A DNA stretch of 64,000 bases from a virus (taxonomy: Duplodnaviria > Caudoviricetes), in the IMG/VR virus record IMGVR_UViG_3300033513_000001, positions 25,431-89,430 of that record, one strand, 5' to 3'. The notes beneath the pieces were generated by a model. That model saw only the letters and a list, made by a program, of their open reading frames with translations, was not told where the DNA came from and did no database searches. Positions 55,905 to 64,000 of the stretch are shown here, piece after piece (positions within the stretch are counted from its first letter, which is position 1; each line of letters starts with the position of its first letter). A program made the position numbers and the translations under genes.

Positions 55905-55952
55905 TTTCGTTTTTCCTTTCATGCTTGCCGCCCCTGCAATGGGGCGTATGCG

Positions 55953-56165
55953 CTATGCTTTGACGGGCGACTCGCTAACCTCGTCCTGGTCTGCTAGGGT
56001 AGTTTGCCCATCGTCAAAGCGTACAACGTAGTCGTCGGGCAGCTTGACCGGAATGCCTAGCCGCTTCCCGCTTAGTGCATGGGTGATTACGCGGTTAGTT
56101 CTGACTTTGACAATCTGCACTCGCTCACCATTGCGAAAAGTAACAAAGTCGCCTGCATTGAACAT
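55953..56165 (-). CDS. Hypothetical protein (SH3-like beta pattern)
   Basis: FNAGDFVTF...VQIVKV...YVVRFDDG. Confidence 0.55.
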   Translation of the reverse strand: MFNAGDFVTFRNGERVQIVKVRTNRVITHALSGKRLGIPVKLPDDYVVRFDDGQTTLADQDEVSESPVKA

Positions 56166-56167
56166 GG

Positions 56168-56368
56168 TTACACCCCCTTGACTGATACCTTGACTGTTAC
56201 AGGCAGGTCAACAGGCGGCACATCCTTACGGCGCTTCTTGAGTGGTGCGCCATCTACGATGACCGCGCCGCAATCACAACAGCCGACGTACAACAGCGGC
56301 GATTCATCCAAGTCTGGCACGACCAACGCAAAATGCCTTGACGGCGGGTGTGTGCAAGTATTGTTCAT
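56168..56368 (-). CDS. Small Cys-containing hypothetical protein
   Basis: CTH...CCDCG. Confidence 0.45.
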   Translation of the reverse strand: MNNTCTHPPSRHFALVVPDLDESPLLYVGCCDCGAVIVDGAPLKKRRKDVPPVDLPVTVKVSVKGV

Positions 56369-56369
56369 T

Positions 56370-56549
56370 TTACCTTGCCTTTCCGTTGCGCGGGCAATCC
56401 TTGATTTGAGGCATTGCCTGATAGTCGAATAGGAGCACATGACCGTCTGTGCTCCACAATTCAAGATACTGCCCGTCTTGCGAGTGTTGCGTCCACTCGC
56501 AGTGGCACAGGTCTTTATGGCAAACTGGGCAAGCCATTGTCACACTCAT
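56370..56549 (-). CDS. Small Cys-containing hypothetical protein
   Basis: GGAGG SD; CPVC...CHC. Confidence 0.45.
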   Translation of the reverse strand: MSVTMACPVCHKDLCHCEWTQHSQDGQYLELWSTDGHVLLFDYQAMPQIKDCPRNGKAR

Positions 56550-56618
56550 ACTACCTCCCATTGCCATCCTCAGTTACCGCCACTCTGCGGTAAGACTGCC
56601 CTAGAGGGCAGTTTCGGC

Positions 56619-56837
56619 CTAAGTGATGTCGTCTAATTCACATTCTTTTATGTACCGCGATGACGCCATTCTTGGAATGTGAATGTGATCCACTCCCGTT
56701 GCGACTATGCTTTCCACAATAGGGCGCAAGTCATCGCGGTACATTTGCCAACAGGTCATGGCTTGAGGATAACTGCATCCACGCTTCACGTCATGGTCAA
56801 TGACCATTCTAACAGCGCTGGTGATAAGCCCAGCCAC
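56619..56837 (-). CDS. Hypothetical protein (start uncertain)
   Basis: ORF track; leftward cluster. Confidence 0.35.
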   Translation of the reverse strand: MAGLITSAVRMVIDHDVKRGCSYPQAMTCWQMYRDDLRPIVESIVATGVDHIHIPRMASSRYIKECELDDIT

Positions 56838-56982
56838 TTTACGCGCTTCATACCTTTCGCGCTTTTCTTGTCAAGTCATTCTCTTAGGCATTGTCTGTGT
56901 CCTCTCGTTATCGTCATCCCCTCGCCCGCGCCGTTACCTGATTGGCCTTGAACTAGCACGCGGGCAGAGAGGAGTGAAACGA

Positions 56983-57180
56983 TTATGCCACTTCCGATAG
57001 TTTTGACCGCGCAATTCTGATAAGGCGCTCCGCGCCACTTTCAGAACCGCAAAGCGCAATGAGTCGGTCATACATTGCCCGTGACTGTTCCACACTACAT
57101 GGTAACGAGACGTAAAGCATAGCCAGAATAGACGGGCTTTCCGTTTTCTCGATTGTAACCACGATTCGAGTGCTTTTCAT
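56983..57180 (-). CDS. Hypothetical protein
   Basis: AAAGGA SD region. Confidence 0.45.
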   Translation of the reverse strand: MKSTRIVVTIEKTESPSILAMLYVSLPCSVEQSRAMYDRLIALCGSESGAERLIRIARSKLSEVA

Positions 57181-57292
57181 TGTCTGTGTCCTTTCCTAGA
57201 ACAAAGTCACCAGCCCCGCATACCACGCCGAGCCAATGACGACGATTGAAATAAACAGGATTGAAAAGAATAACTCCTTCACGTTGCCCCCT

Positions 57293-57550
57293 CTACTTTC
57301 CCGCCATAGCCGAGCCAGCTTTTTGAAGCGTCGAACCGTCTACACTCTTGACGGCCTTCTCATTCGCTTTGTCAACAGCCGAATCATAGGCATTCTGCGC
57401 CTTGCCTACCAATTCAATTTTTTGACCAAGCTCCACACTTGCATTGTTCCCGTCTTTGACAGAATCACTGCAAGCCAATTGCGCCACGGCCATCATTCCA
57501 AGCGCAAACAAAACCGCCAGTTTCGCTTTGCCACTCAGTTTGTTTGACAT
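57293..57550 (-). CDS. Small lipoprotein
   Basis: MSNKLSGKAKLAVLFALGMMAVAQLAC lipobox. Confidence 0.6.
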   Translation of the reverse strand: MSNKLSGKAKLAVLFALGMMAVAQLACSDSVKDGNNASVELGQKIELVGKAQNAYDSAVDKANEKAVKSVDGSTLQKAGSAMAGK

Positions 57551-58107
57551 TTGATTTTGTCCTTTTGATTTGGGTTTGTGCTATCCTTGCCACTCTCAAT
57601 TCCCTTAGTCGCCCTAGCCTAAGTTATCCGGCCTTCTTTGACCGCTGTCGTTTACGCCAGGTCGGGCATTCAAGAATTGAGAGCGCCAAGCGTAGCACAA
57701 AACCAGTTTATGCTACAATTTCAGTCATCAATCTTTGGTGTTATCTGCCTTATCATCCTATATTCTAGGGGAAGTGGCACAAACTCCGATTGATTCCTGA
57801 AAGCGTAGCACAAACCACGCTTACCAGCCTGTGTCACCATCATTGCCCAGTCTGACTTTGCACTTTCAATCGTCTAACCATATAGGTGTAGGCTCTTTAC
57901 TTGCCTCTATCAGTCTGTCTTACTCTAGCTGGTTGGGCATTACCTTTGTCCGTTTCGCCTTCCTGACAATCTCAGGCAGTGTTGCTGCGACTCGTATTTT
58001 ACCTGATGCCCATTTTCTGTCTGTTATTTGGTGCTTCAACAAAGTCGCTGACTTTGGAGTTGCACCGGGCTTTGGTCTGTTCGGTTTTGCCCTAACCGCT
58101 TGGAACT

Positions 58108-58210
58108 GTAAATATCATAGCAGAAAACCACACCTATGTCACTAACCGAATGTCACCCGTTTACAGTGACAAATGTCATATTTGACGTTTGTCACCTAAT
58201 CGCGTATAAT
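58108..58210. promoter_or_regulatory. Divergent promoter region with clustered GTGAC/GTCAC operators
   Basis: Rightward TTGACG-N17-TATAAT (58182-58210); leftward GTGACA-N17-TATGAT; operators at 58166-79, 58182-95 and a degenerate copy at 58143-56. Confidence 0.7.
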
Positions 58211-58241
58211 AACTACACTAAACCACAAGGAGAACAGTATA

Positions 58242-58805
58242 ATGCCACACACTCATAAGTATGACTATTCAAAGGTTGACCAAATGCTATTAGGCGGCAT
58301 GAGTAACTCAGAGATAATAAAGGCTACTGGTGTTGGCCGTCAAGCCGTATATAGTAGAAGGATAAAGAACAAGATCAGCCCCACTACGCAATGGAAACGC
58401 TTCGAGCATCTATTAGGAACAATGACAGATACAGAACTGGCTACTATCATAGGTAAAAACAAAAACACGATAACTGCTAAAAGAATGAGAGATGGTATAC
58501 CTCCATTCGCTAGCAGCAGAGAGGCCAAACTACAATCTCAATTTGTGAAAACCTTGCACAATGTAAGAGAACAAGTATACACTCCTGTTGGTTATGCAGA
58601 TGTCGTAGATGATGACACAATCTATGAACTGAAGTTCTCGCTAAATATCAGTTCTCTGCATACCGCAATTGGTCAATTATTCTGCTACTCCCGTTTCATA
58701 CCAAATAGGAAACTGTGCATAGTAACAACAAAGATATTTGACCAGAGATATACTGAGGTATGCAAACCACTCGGAATATCAATACTCATTGTATCTGCGA
58801 GCTAG
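58242..58805 (+). CDS. Protein with two HTH-like repeats and PD-(D/E)xK-like C-terminal domain
   Basis: AAGGAG SD; SNSEIIKATGVGRQAV and TDTELATIIGKNKNTI; YADVV..DDTIYELK...AIGQL..Y; AT-richer than neighbours. Confidence 0.6.
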   Translation: MPHTHKYDYSKVDQMLLGGMSNSEIIKATGVGRQAVYSRRIKNKISPTTQWKRFEHLLGTMTDTELATIIGKNKNTITAKRMRDGIPPFASSREAKLQSQFVKTLHNVREQVYTPVGYADVVDDDTIYELKFSLNISSLHTAIGQLFCYSRFIPNRKLCIVTTKIFDQRYTEVCKPLGISILIVSAS

Positions 58806-59127
58806 AACAGCGGCCCTAAGCACAAAAATCACTAAGTTCCTAACTGGTTTATATGCCAACAAGCGTAGTTCGGCGCGATGGTCGAGTACAGCGGATCGGA
58901 CTACTAGGCAAGTGGCAGAGTGATAATCGTCACGTGTTATGTGTCACGTGGTAGGAATTGAGGCAATTTGACTAGAAGGACGCTTCTAGTCATACGTTAT
59001 GCAATGGGGGGGCATAGATGTATACATAGTACATCGGCCACCCGTGTTATATCTTGTCTGTATTCTACCTCAATTTCCTTGAGATTCCTCGATGTCACAT
59101 TACATTGTCACATCTTCTCTGGGCCTA

Positions 59128-59156
59128 TTGACTTTGCACCGATTCCGATGTATCAT
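59128..59156 (+). promoter_or_regulatory. Promoter of tyrosine recombinase
   Basis: TTGACT-N17-TATCAT with extended TG. Confidence 0.65.
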
Positions 59157-59198
59157 CATTGCAGAACGAAACACTTTTCTAGCCCGACAGGAGGCGCG

Positions 59199-60152
59199 AT
59201 GGCAGACCTAATGATAATTGAGCCAACAGAACTTGAGTCCAGCGTAGTGGTAGAGTACCTGACCAGCATCTCGGACGGAAGCAGGCCGACGATGAAGGGA
59301 GCATTGATTGAAACGGTGTCTATCCTGACAGGTGTAGAGCCTGAAAGGGTGAACATCTACGAGTTCAACTGGTCGAATGTCAAGGCGGTACACGTTGCGC
59401 TGGTCAAGGAGAAGATGTGGAAGAACGGGAACGCGGCGGGAACGGTCAACAAGAAATTGGCGGCGATTCGCGGGGTCATGGGGATGCTGTTTGAGCGCGG
59501 GGCGGTGAAGGCAGAGGACTACTTGCGGATTACGCGGGTCAAGAACATCAAGGGAAGCGCCTTGCCGGCGGGCCGAAGGCTTGGAGTGGATGAAATCAAG
59601 GCTCTGGTTGGAGCGTGCGAGGCCGACAAGACTGTGTTTGGGGTGCGGGACGCGGCTATCATCGCGGTGTTGCGGAAAACGGGCCTGAGGCGGGAAGAAG
59701 TAGCGAGTTTGGACTTGTCAAGTTGCGTGTCAGGCTACTTGCGATTCGTGGGCAAGGGCAACAAGGAAAGGGAAGTACCGTTGTCTGGGCAAGCGAGAGA
59801 AGCCATTGAGAACTGGCTCAAGGTGCGCGGGAGCGGGGTGGGTGCATTGTTCTGCGGCGTGAACGGGTACGGCGAGGTCAAGACAGAAAAGCACCTGGCG
59901 CTGCGCTCCATCAACGTCATCTTGGCGAAGCGGGCAGCAGAAGCGGGAATCAAGGATTTTACCCCGCATGATTTTCGTCGTACTTTCGCCACAGACTTGC
60001 TGGACAGCGGGACAGACATAGGAATTGTCAAGGGTCTGATGGGTCATTCCGATGTGCAGACCACGCTGAGGTATGACCATCGAGACGATAAGGGAAAGCG
60101 AGAGGCGGTTGAGTTTCTGGACAAACTGGATGGAGGCAATCATGGACATTGA
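59199..60152 (+). CDS. Tyrosine recombinase/integrase (XerC/D-like)
   Basis: AGGAGG SD; RD...TGLRREE, GKGNKER, HDFRR, LMGHSD, TTLRY catalytic residues. Confidence 0.95.
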   Translation: MADLMIIEPTELESSVVVEYLTSISDGSRPTMKGALIETVSILTGVEPERVNIYEFNWSNVKAVHVALVKEKMWKNGNAAGTVNKKLAAIRGVMGMLFERGAVKAEDYLRITRVKNIKGSALPAGRRLGVDEIKALVGACEADKTVFGVRDAAIIAVLRKTGLRREEVASLDLSSCVSGYLRFVGKGNKEREVPLSGQAREAIENWLKVRGSGVGALFCGVNGYGEVKTEKHLALRSINVILAKRAAEAGIKDFTPHDFRRTFATDLLDSGTDIGIVKGLMGHSDVQTTLRYDHRDDKGKREAVEFLDKLDGGNHGH

Positions 60153-60477
60153 GTTCACGGAGTCGGTTGGCAAGGTGCTGGAATCCTATCACACTGAACT
60201 TACCATCACAAGGCTTGCTACAGATGCAATCAACGGATACGGAAGAAAAGTGATGTGGCAGGTTGGCATTCGCGTCTTGGATAGCGAGTGCAAGTTGTGT
60301 GGAGCGAGGGCGTTGTTGACTTCAGCGGTTGACCAATGTATGCCGCCCAGAGGTCACAATCACAAGTGGGTAGACGGGTTTCTGGAATCGGTGTGTGGGT
60401 ACGGAGAGACTTTGGACTTGGCTATGGAGTCAGCAGAACGGGACGCGAAGAAGTTTCTGGCTAAGATAAGAAACTGA
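60142..60477 (+). CDS. Hypothetical protein
   Basis: GGAGG SD. Confidence 0.55.
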   Translation: MDIEFTESVGKVLESYHTELTITRLATDAINGYGRKVMWQVGIRVLDSECKLCGARALLTSAVDQCMPPRGHNHKWVDGFLESVCGYGETLDLAMESAERDAKKFLAKIRN

Positions 60478-60536
60478 CAAAAAACTAGCCCCCTACCCTA
60501 TCGTCTACTTCGCCTGTGGCGCGAAGTGGGGCATAG

Positions 60537-61244
60537 TCACTTCCTCTCCTCCACAATCGCCGCCCACGCGAAGAAGTCCAGCGGGCCAACCGGCTCATCC
60601 TCGCCCCGCAAGTGACCCACGACAACAGAGCGGTCAACCCAACCCTGAAAGCCAGCGGCTTTGGCGAGTTTGAAGAAGCGCGTGTCCTCTCCGCCAGAGC
60701 TATCCTTGTTCCACAGAAACCAGGGCGGGTGAATTGCCTTGATGACCGTGCGGTGAATGAGGCAGCAGGACAGGCTGGTAAAGACCACTGACCTGAGTGC
60801 ATCGCTTGGGCAAGGCTCCAAGACAACGGGCAAAGTCGCCATCGCGTCCATGTGGTCTTGAAGCCACTTCATCGTTTCCTCGCCCTCGATGGTGGCGAGG
60901 TCTTTTGTCCTGTCTGTCCACCTGCCGTAGACGAAGGGCAGGCAAGGGACGTGTCGGTTGAACGCCAGGGCTGAGATGAGGGGCTTGTCGTGGCTCAGGA
61001 GTCTGACGAGGGTCTTGGGCGCAAACACGGTGTCGTCATGGATAGACAGAAGCCACTCATAGCCAGAGTCAAGGAAGGTCTGGGCAGCGTAGTTCCAGGT
61101 GTCCTCTGGATTGGCGGGTGGGGTAGGGAGAAGGGCGTAGCCGTCGTTGTTGGGGGTTTCCAAGCCAACGAGGGACTTTACGATAGACCACCCGCGAGGC
61201 GGGCCACTGGTGGGAATCCAGAGAAGAACGGTCTTGCGAGTCAC
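60537..61244 (-). CDS. GT-A fold (GT2-like) glycosyltransferase
   Basis: WLLSIHDD, LLSHDKPLIS, CCLIHR, GEDTRF, VVVGHL. Confidence 0.75.
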   Translation of the reverse strand: MTRKTVLLWIPTSGPPRGWSIVKSLVGLETPNNDGYALLPTPPANPEDTWNYAAQTFLDSGYEWLLSIHDDTVFAPKTLVRLLSHDKPLISALAFNRHVPCLPFVYGRWTDRTKDLATIEGEETMKWLQDHMDAMATLPVVLEPCPSDALRSVVFTSLSCCLIHRTVIKAIHPPWFLWNKDSSGGEDTRFFKLAKAAGFQGWVDRSVVVGHLRGEDEPVGPLDFFAWAAIVEERK

Positions 61245-62845
61245 GGTGTTGCCTCAACTATTCTATTGGCAATCCACTCGACGACCGGAACCGCAACGGC
61301 GTTTCCCAATTGCCTGTAGCGTACACTGTCAGACTGTCCAGCAGTCCAGTCATCCTCAAAACCCTGCAAGCGTTCGCATTCGGTTGGCGTAAGTCGGCGG
61401 ACACCGACAAGTGGAACTTGGTTGCCGCCCGTTCCCATACGTTGTTGCAAGGTAGGAGCAACGTTACCATTCTCTCTAACGGCTTCGTCTGCGCGAGACA
61501 TCTCCCATGCAATCGCCGTCAAGTCCGTGCCGCCAACCGTCAATGCGGTATCCGCCTCATTGACGTACATTCCGCCATTCGGTCTGTCTTTGCGCTTGTG
61601 GTCGCCGCCGTCGTTCTGCTGAATGGTGTAGGCGATATAGTTCTGCTGGTGCATTCCTGACTCAGATGCAATTGAGCCAGCCACATCGCCCAAGTCACGC
61701 ACTTCATCGCGTTCGTTCTGTGCAAACACAAGAAAATCAAGGTCTGATGTGTTCTTGTTTAGAGTCGGGCTAGATGTCACGCCGCCCTTTGCACGCAATG
61801 GCGGAACAACTACCGCACTGATATGCGGATTGCCCGCTCTCAAGTCTGTCACTAATCCGTTAGCCGTCTTCGGAACTGCATCCCTGCTTACCACAATATG
61901 CCTCGCCTGAGCATCGTTGTCATCTGGCCCACCCGTGTAGCCGTTGAAGGCGTTGGCGACAAATTTCTCCGTCTCTGCGACAACAAGGCTTGATTCCAAG
62001 TCGCCGTTTCCGTTCCACTTTGTTCCCATTGCCGCAAATAGCGGACGTGTAATTTCTGGAACGCTGACAAGTCCTGTTTCCGCGTCTATTCTTGTTCCGG
62101 TATTTGGGCCACGCCCTCTAAGGCTTGCCGCAACATCGGTGGCAAGTCGCGCCCCCGTTTTGCGGCTCGGCGGAGAATCCCCCGACATGCCTTCGGACTC
62201 AAATAATACTTTCGCGGCGCGTCCGCTTCCAAGACTTCCGACAATGAACACACGGCGGCGTCTTTGGGCCAATCCGAAATACTGAGCGTCCAATATCCGC
62301 CAAGCGATGCCATACCCGCACTCCGCCAACCCGTGAAGGATGATGGCAAAGTCGCGTCCTCGATGAGACGTAAGCAGTTTTCTTGCGGCATGGCAGATAG
62401 CGCATGGCTGATGGATTTTGCGCTTACGTCTGAGATATGTGTGGATTCTAAGTAATCTTCGCATGGCTGCACAAGCGGGACATCCACAACTGGATAGTAA
62501 ACCGGGGACGTTTTCAATGATAACCCATCGCGGCTTAACATCTGCAATAATGCGATGGAACTCAAACCACAATCCGCTCCGCTCTCCAGCCAATCCCTTG
62601 CGACGTCCGGCCACCGATAAGTCCTGACACGGGAATCCGCCGCAAATAAGGTCAACTGTTCCTCGCTCATGCGTTTTCGCTCCCACGTCTTTCACATCGC
62701 CATAGATTTGCACATCTGGAAAGCGGCGATGCAGGACATCCTGACAATGCTTGTCAATCTCAACCATCCCAACGCAGGTCATTCCCGCTTGACGGAAAGC
62801 GATGTCAAACCCGCCGATGCCAGAGAAAAGGGACAGGTAATTCAC
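61241..62845 (-). CDS. C5-cytosine DNA methyltransferase (alpha subunit)
   Basis: GTG 62845; LFSGIGG, GGFPCQD, IIENVPG, QRRRRVFIVG, RRLTPTECERLQGF, QLGNAV. Confidence 0.95.
   Translation of the reverse strand: MNYLSLFSGIGGFDIAFRQAGMTCVGMVEIDKHCQDVLHRRFPDVQIYGDVKDVGAKTHERGTVDLICGGFPCQDLSVAGRRKGLAGERSGLWFEFHRIIADVKPRWVIIENVPGLLSSCGCPACAAMRRLLRIHTYLRRKRKIHQPCAICHAARKLLTSHRGRDFAIILHGLAECGYGIAWRILDAQYFGLAQRRRRVFIVGSLGSGRAAKVLFESEGMSGDSPPSRKTGARLATDVAASLRGRGPNTGTRIDAETGLVSVPEITRPLFAAMGTKWNGNGDLESSLVVAETEKFVANAFNGYTGGPDDNDAQARHIVVSRDAVPKTANGLVTDLRAGNPHISAVVVPPLRAKGGVTSSPTLNKNTSDLDFLVFAQNERDEVRDLGDVAGSIASESGMHQQNYIAYTIQQNDGGDHKRKDRPNGGMYVNEADTALTVGGTDLTAIAWEMSRADEAVRENGNVAPTLQQRMGTGGNQVPLVGVRRLTPTECERLQGFEDDWTAGQSDSVRYRQLGNAVAVPVVEWIANRIVEATP
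62086..62670 (-). CDS. Nested alternative-frame MTase beta-like polypeptide
   Basis: GAGG SD; SLSEVLE...KYYLSPKACRGILRRA.KRG..LP motif, fully inside MTase gene. Confidence 0.75.
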   Translation of the reverse strand: MSEEQLTLFAADSRVRTYRWPDVARDWLESGADCGLSSIALLQMLSRDGLSLKTSPVYYPVVDVPLVQPCEDYLESTHISDVSAKSISHALSAMPQENCLRLIEDATLPSSFTGWRSAGMASLGGYWTLSISDWPKDAAVCSLSEVLEADAPRKYYLSPKACRGILRRAAKRGRDLPPMLRQALEGVAQIPEQE

Positions 62846-63366
62846 TCTGCCCCTCTGTTGATAGAGTCCATCGCCCTGTACCCATTCGGGTAACGCTTCT
62901 GCAACTTGGCGACGTTGTGTTCCATCACGTCGCCAAGATTCAGGCCAAAGAGAGTGCAGAGTGACGACACGTACCACATCAGGTCGCCCAACTCGTCCTT
63001 CAACCTCTCCTTGTCTACTTCCCCAGTGACACAGTATTTGATGACGAGTTCGGCAATCTCTCCCGCTTCCCCGACGAGGCCCGACAAGGCCCACAGGGGC
63101 ATGACACGGCTTTGCGGGATGCAAACAACATCCCAGTCATCGCGCCACTTCTCGTTCTCTGCATCTTGCGACATCTTGATAATTCTGCCGTAGTTCACTC
63201 CATGTTGATGAAAAATTCCTTTTTTCAAATATTCCGTAATGGCGGCGTACTTGCTGGCAACTTTGATGGAACTGACCACGCGGCACAGGTCGTCGTTGGG
63301 AATCTCCCTATCGGGTTGGAGAATCAAAGTTCGGTCACTGGCGGATTGGTAGTCGGAGGCGTTCAT
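62842..63366 (-). CDS. MazG-like nucleotide pyrophosphohydrolase
   Basis: GLVGEAGEIAE...KDELGDLMWY...NVAKLQKRYP. Confidence 0.9.
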   Translation of the reverse strand: MNASDYQSASDRTLILQPDREIPNDDLCRVVSSIKVASKYAAITEYLKKGIFHQHGVNYGRIIKMSQDAENEKWRDDWDVVCIPQSRVMPLWALSGLVGEAGEIAELVIKYCVTGEVDKERLKDELGDLMWYVSSLCTLFGLNLGDVMEHNVAKLQKRYPNGYRAMDSINRGAE

Positions 63367-63575
63367 TGTTCTAATCCCTCTACTTGCATTGCGCCTCTTT
63401 CCATATTCAGAGGTGCGGGTTCTATAAATGTCTCTCCGTCCCCAAACTCTGAAAACGGCTTGATATGACTTACATGATTTCCTTTTGATGCGTCAGATGG
63501 TTTCCTTCGAGAGACGTCATAGAAATCAGAACCGAGCGCCCTGCATATAGGATGTAGGGCAGTAATGCTAGTCAT
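63363..63575 (-). CDS. Hypothetical protein
   Basis: ATGA overlap with MazG. Confidence 0.4.
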   Translation of the reverse strand: MTSITALHPICRALGSDFYDVSRRKPSDASKGNHVSHIKPFSEFGDGETFIEPAPLNMERGAMQVEGLEQ

Positions 63576-63707
63576 TGACAGCAGAACTTGTTTGTCGTGC
63601 GGAGTCCCAGGAATGTCAATTTGAGACTTGATGCTCCCGTACTTTGTAATATTCCAATGCCGTGAAGTTTGGATTTGACGCCTTTGCTTTCAAGAAACTC
63701 TTTGTAC

Positions 63708-63998
63708 TCAGTCAATTCTATCTCCTTTCAACCTCATTATCTCCGCTCTCGTACACTCTGGGCAGATGCACTCCGCACCACAGACTTCTTCAACAATGCC
63801 ATCGCTGAGAAGTCTGTCCCAAAATTCTTTTGACTTTTCTACCCAACCAAGCGCACATTGTAGCATCTCTCCTTTGGCGAACGAGTAAGTATTTCCCTCG
63901 TTCAAGGTAACGCTGTACCCCTCTTTTCTCTGAGCGAACCACAGAGCATTGCTCCGATAAAGGCGGTAGATGGCAAGGTCTATCGCGGCTTGGGTCAA
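63708..63998 (-). CDS. Hypothetical protein (may start outside window)
   Basis: ORF track; C-terminal CxxxCxCxxC. Confidence 0.5.
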   Translation of the reverse strand: MTQAAIDLAIYRLYRSNALWFAQRKEGYSVTLNEGNTYSFAKGEMLQCALGWVEKSKEFWDRLLSDGIVEEVCGAECICPECTRAEIMRLKGDRID

Positions 63999-64000
63999 CT

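Noticed and set aside
57689-57817. Direct repeat AGCGTAGCACAAA(A)CCA x2
   Set aside because: Could be tandem weak leftward extended -10 promoters, but the -35 elements are poor and two copies support no specific claim.
58806-59198. attP site next to the tyrosine recombinase
   Set aside because: No tRNA-like core or arm repeats could be distinguished from the operator copies; integration versus dimer resolution cannot be decided from this window.
58968-63124. Track start sites 58968 (recombinase) and 63124 (MTase), likewise 6522, 15197 and 24314
   Set aside because: Better starts with SD or stop-start overlap exist at 59199, 62845, 6879, 15275 and 24374; the extensions run through promoters or other genes.
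63389-63400. Possible self-target of array 2 unit 9 (TTGCGCCTCTTT)
   Set aside because: Spacer B matches 9/9 but spacer A only 5/9; a 12-nt hit is plausible by chance given 20 guides and both strands. No full 18-nt target was found by eye, and the search was not exhaustive.

Overview
All 64 kb looks like one tailed-phage (siphovirus-type) genome segment; no host housekeeping genes, rRNA or tRNA were recognised. A Chloroflexota host is a weak inference from a lipoprotein ending in YLPLV-R. Layout: head/neck/tail morphogenesis (1-22.5 kb), including a scaffold-capsid polyprotein, a -1 frameshift tail chaperone, tape measure, FN3 tail protein, a giant GT2-TPR-GT2-GT2-FkbM enzyme and a Gly-Tyr-Thr repeat fibre; a lysis/lipoprotein block (22.6-26.8 kb); recombination/replication genes (29.9-51 kb); a leftward cluster of small genes (51-57.6 kb); a divergent control region, tyrosine recombinase, glycosyltransferase, two-frame C5-methyltransferase and MazG (58-64 kb). 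The standout is 26.8-29.6 kb: three arrays of ~36-nt dual-repeat units (GTGYGAGCCA-8nt-GTGTAACCCA-8nt; 4, 11 and 5 units) around a metallophosphoesterase and a nuclease-less IS110/Nop-domain protein. This matches a TIGR-Tas (TasA-like) RNA-guided system with an unusual extra enzyme. Other notable signals: three paralogous Zn-binding mini-genes overprinted inside the helicase ORF, an A-B-C-A'-B'-C' interlocked RNA leader, a recurrent GTGAC-N4-GTCAC operator abutting -35 boxes, and a PAPS-reductase cassette flanked by a recoded duplicate of its neighbour's 5' end. All family calls come from motif recognition by eye; no database searches were run.
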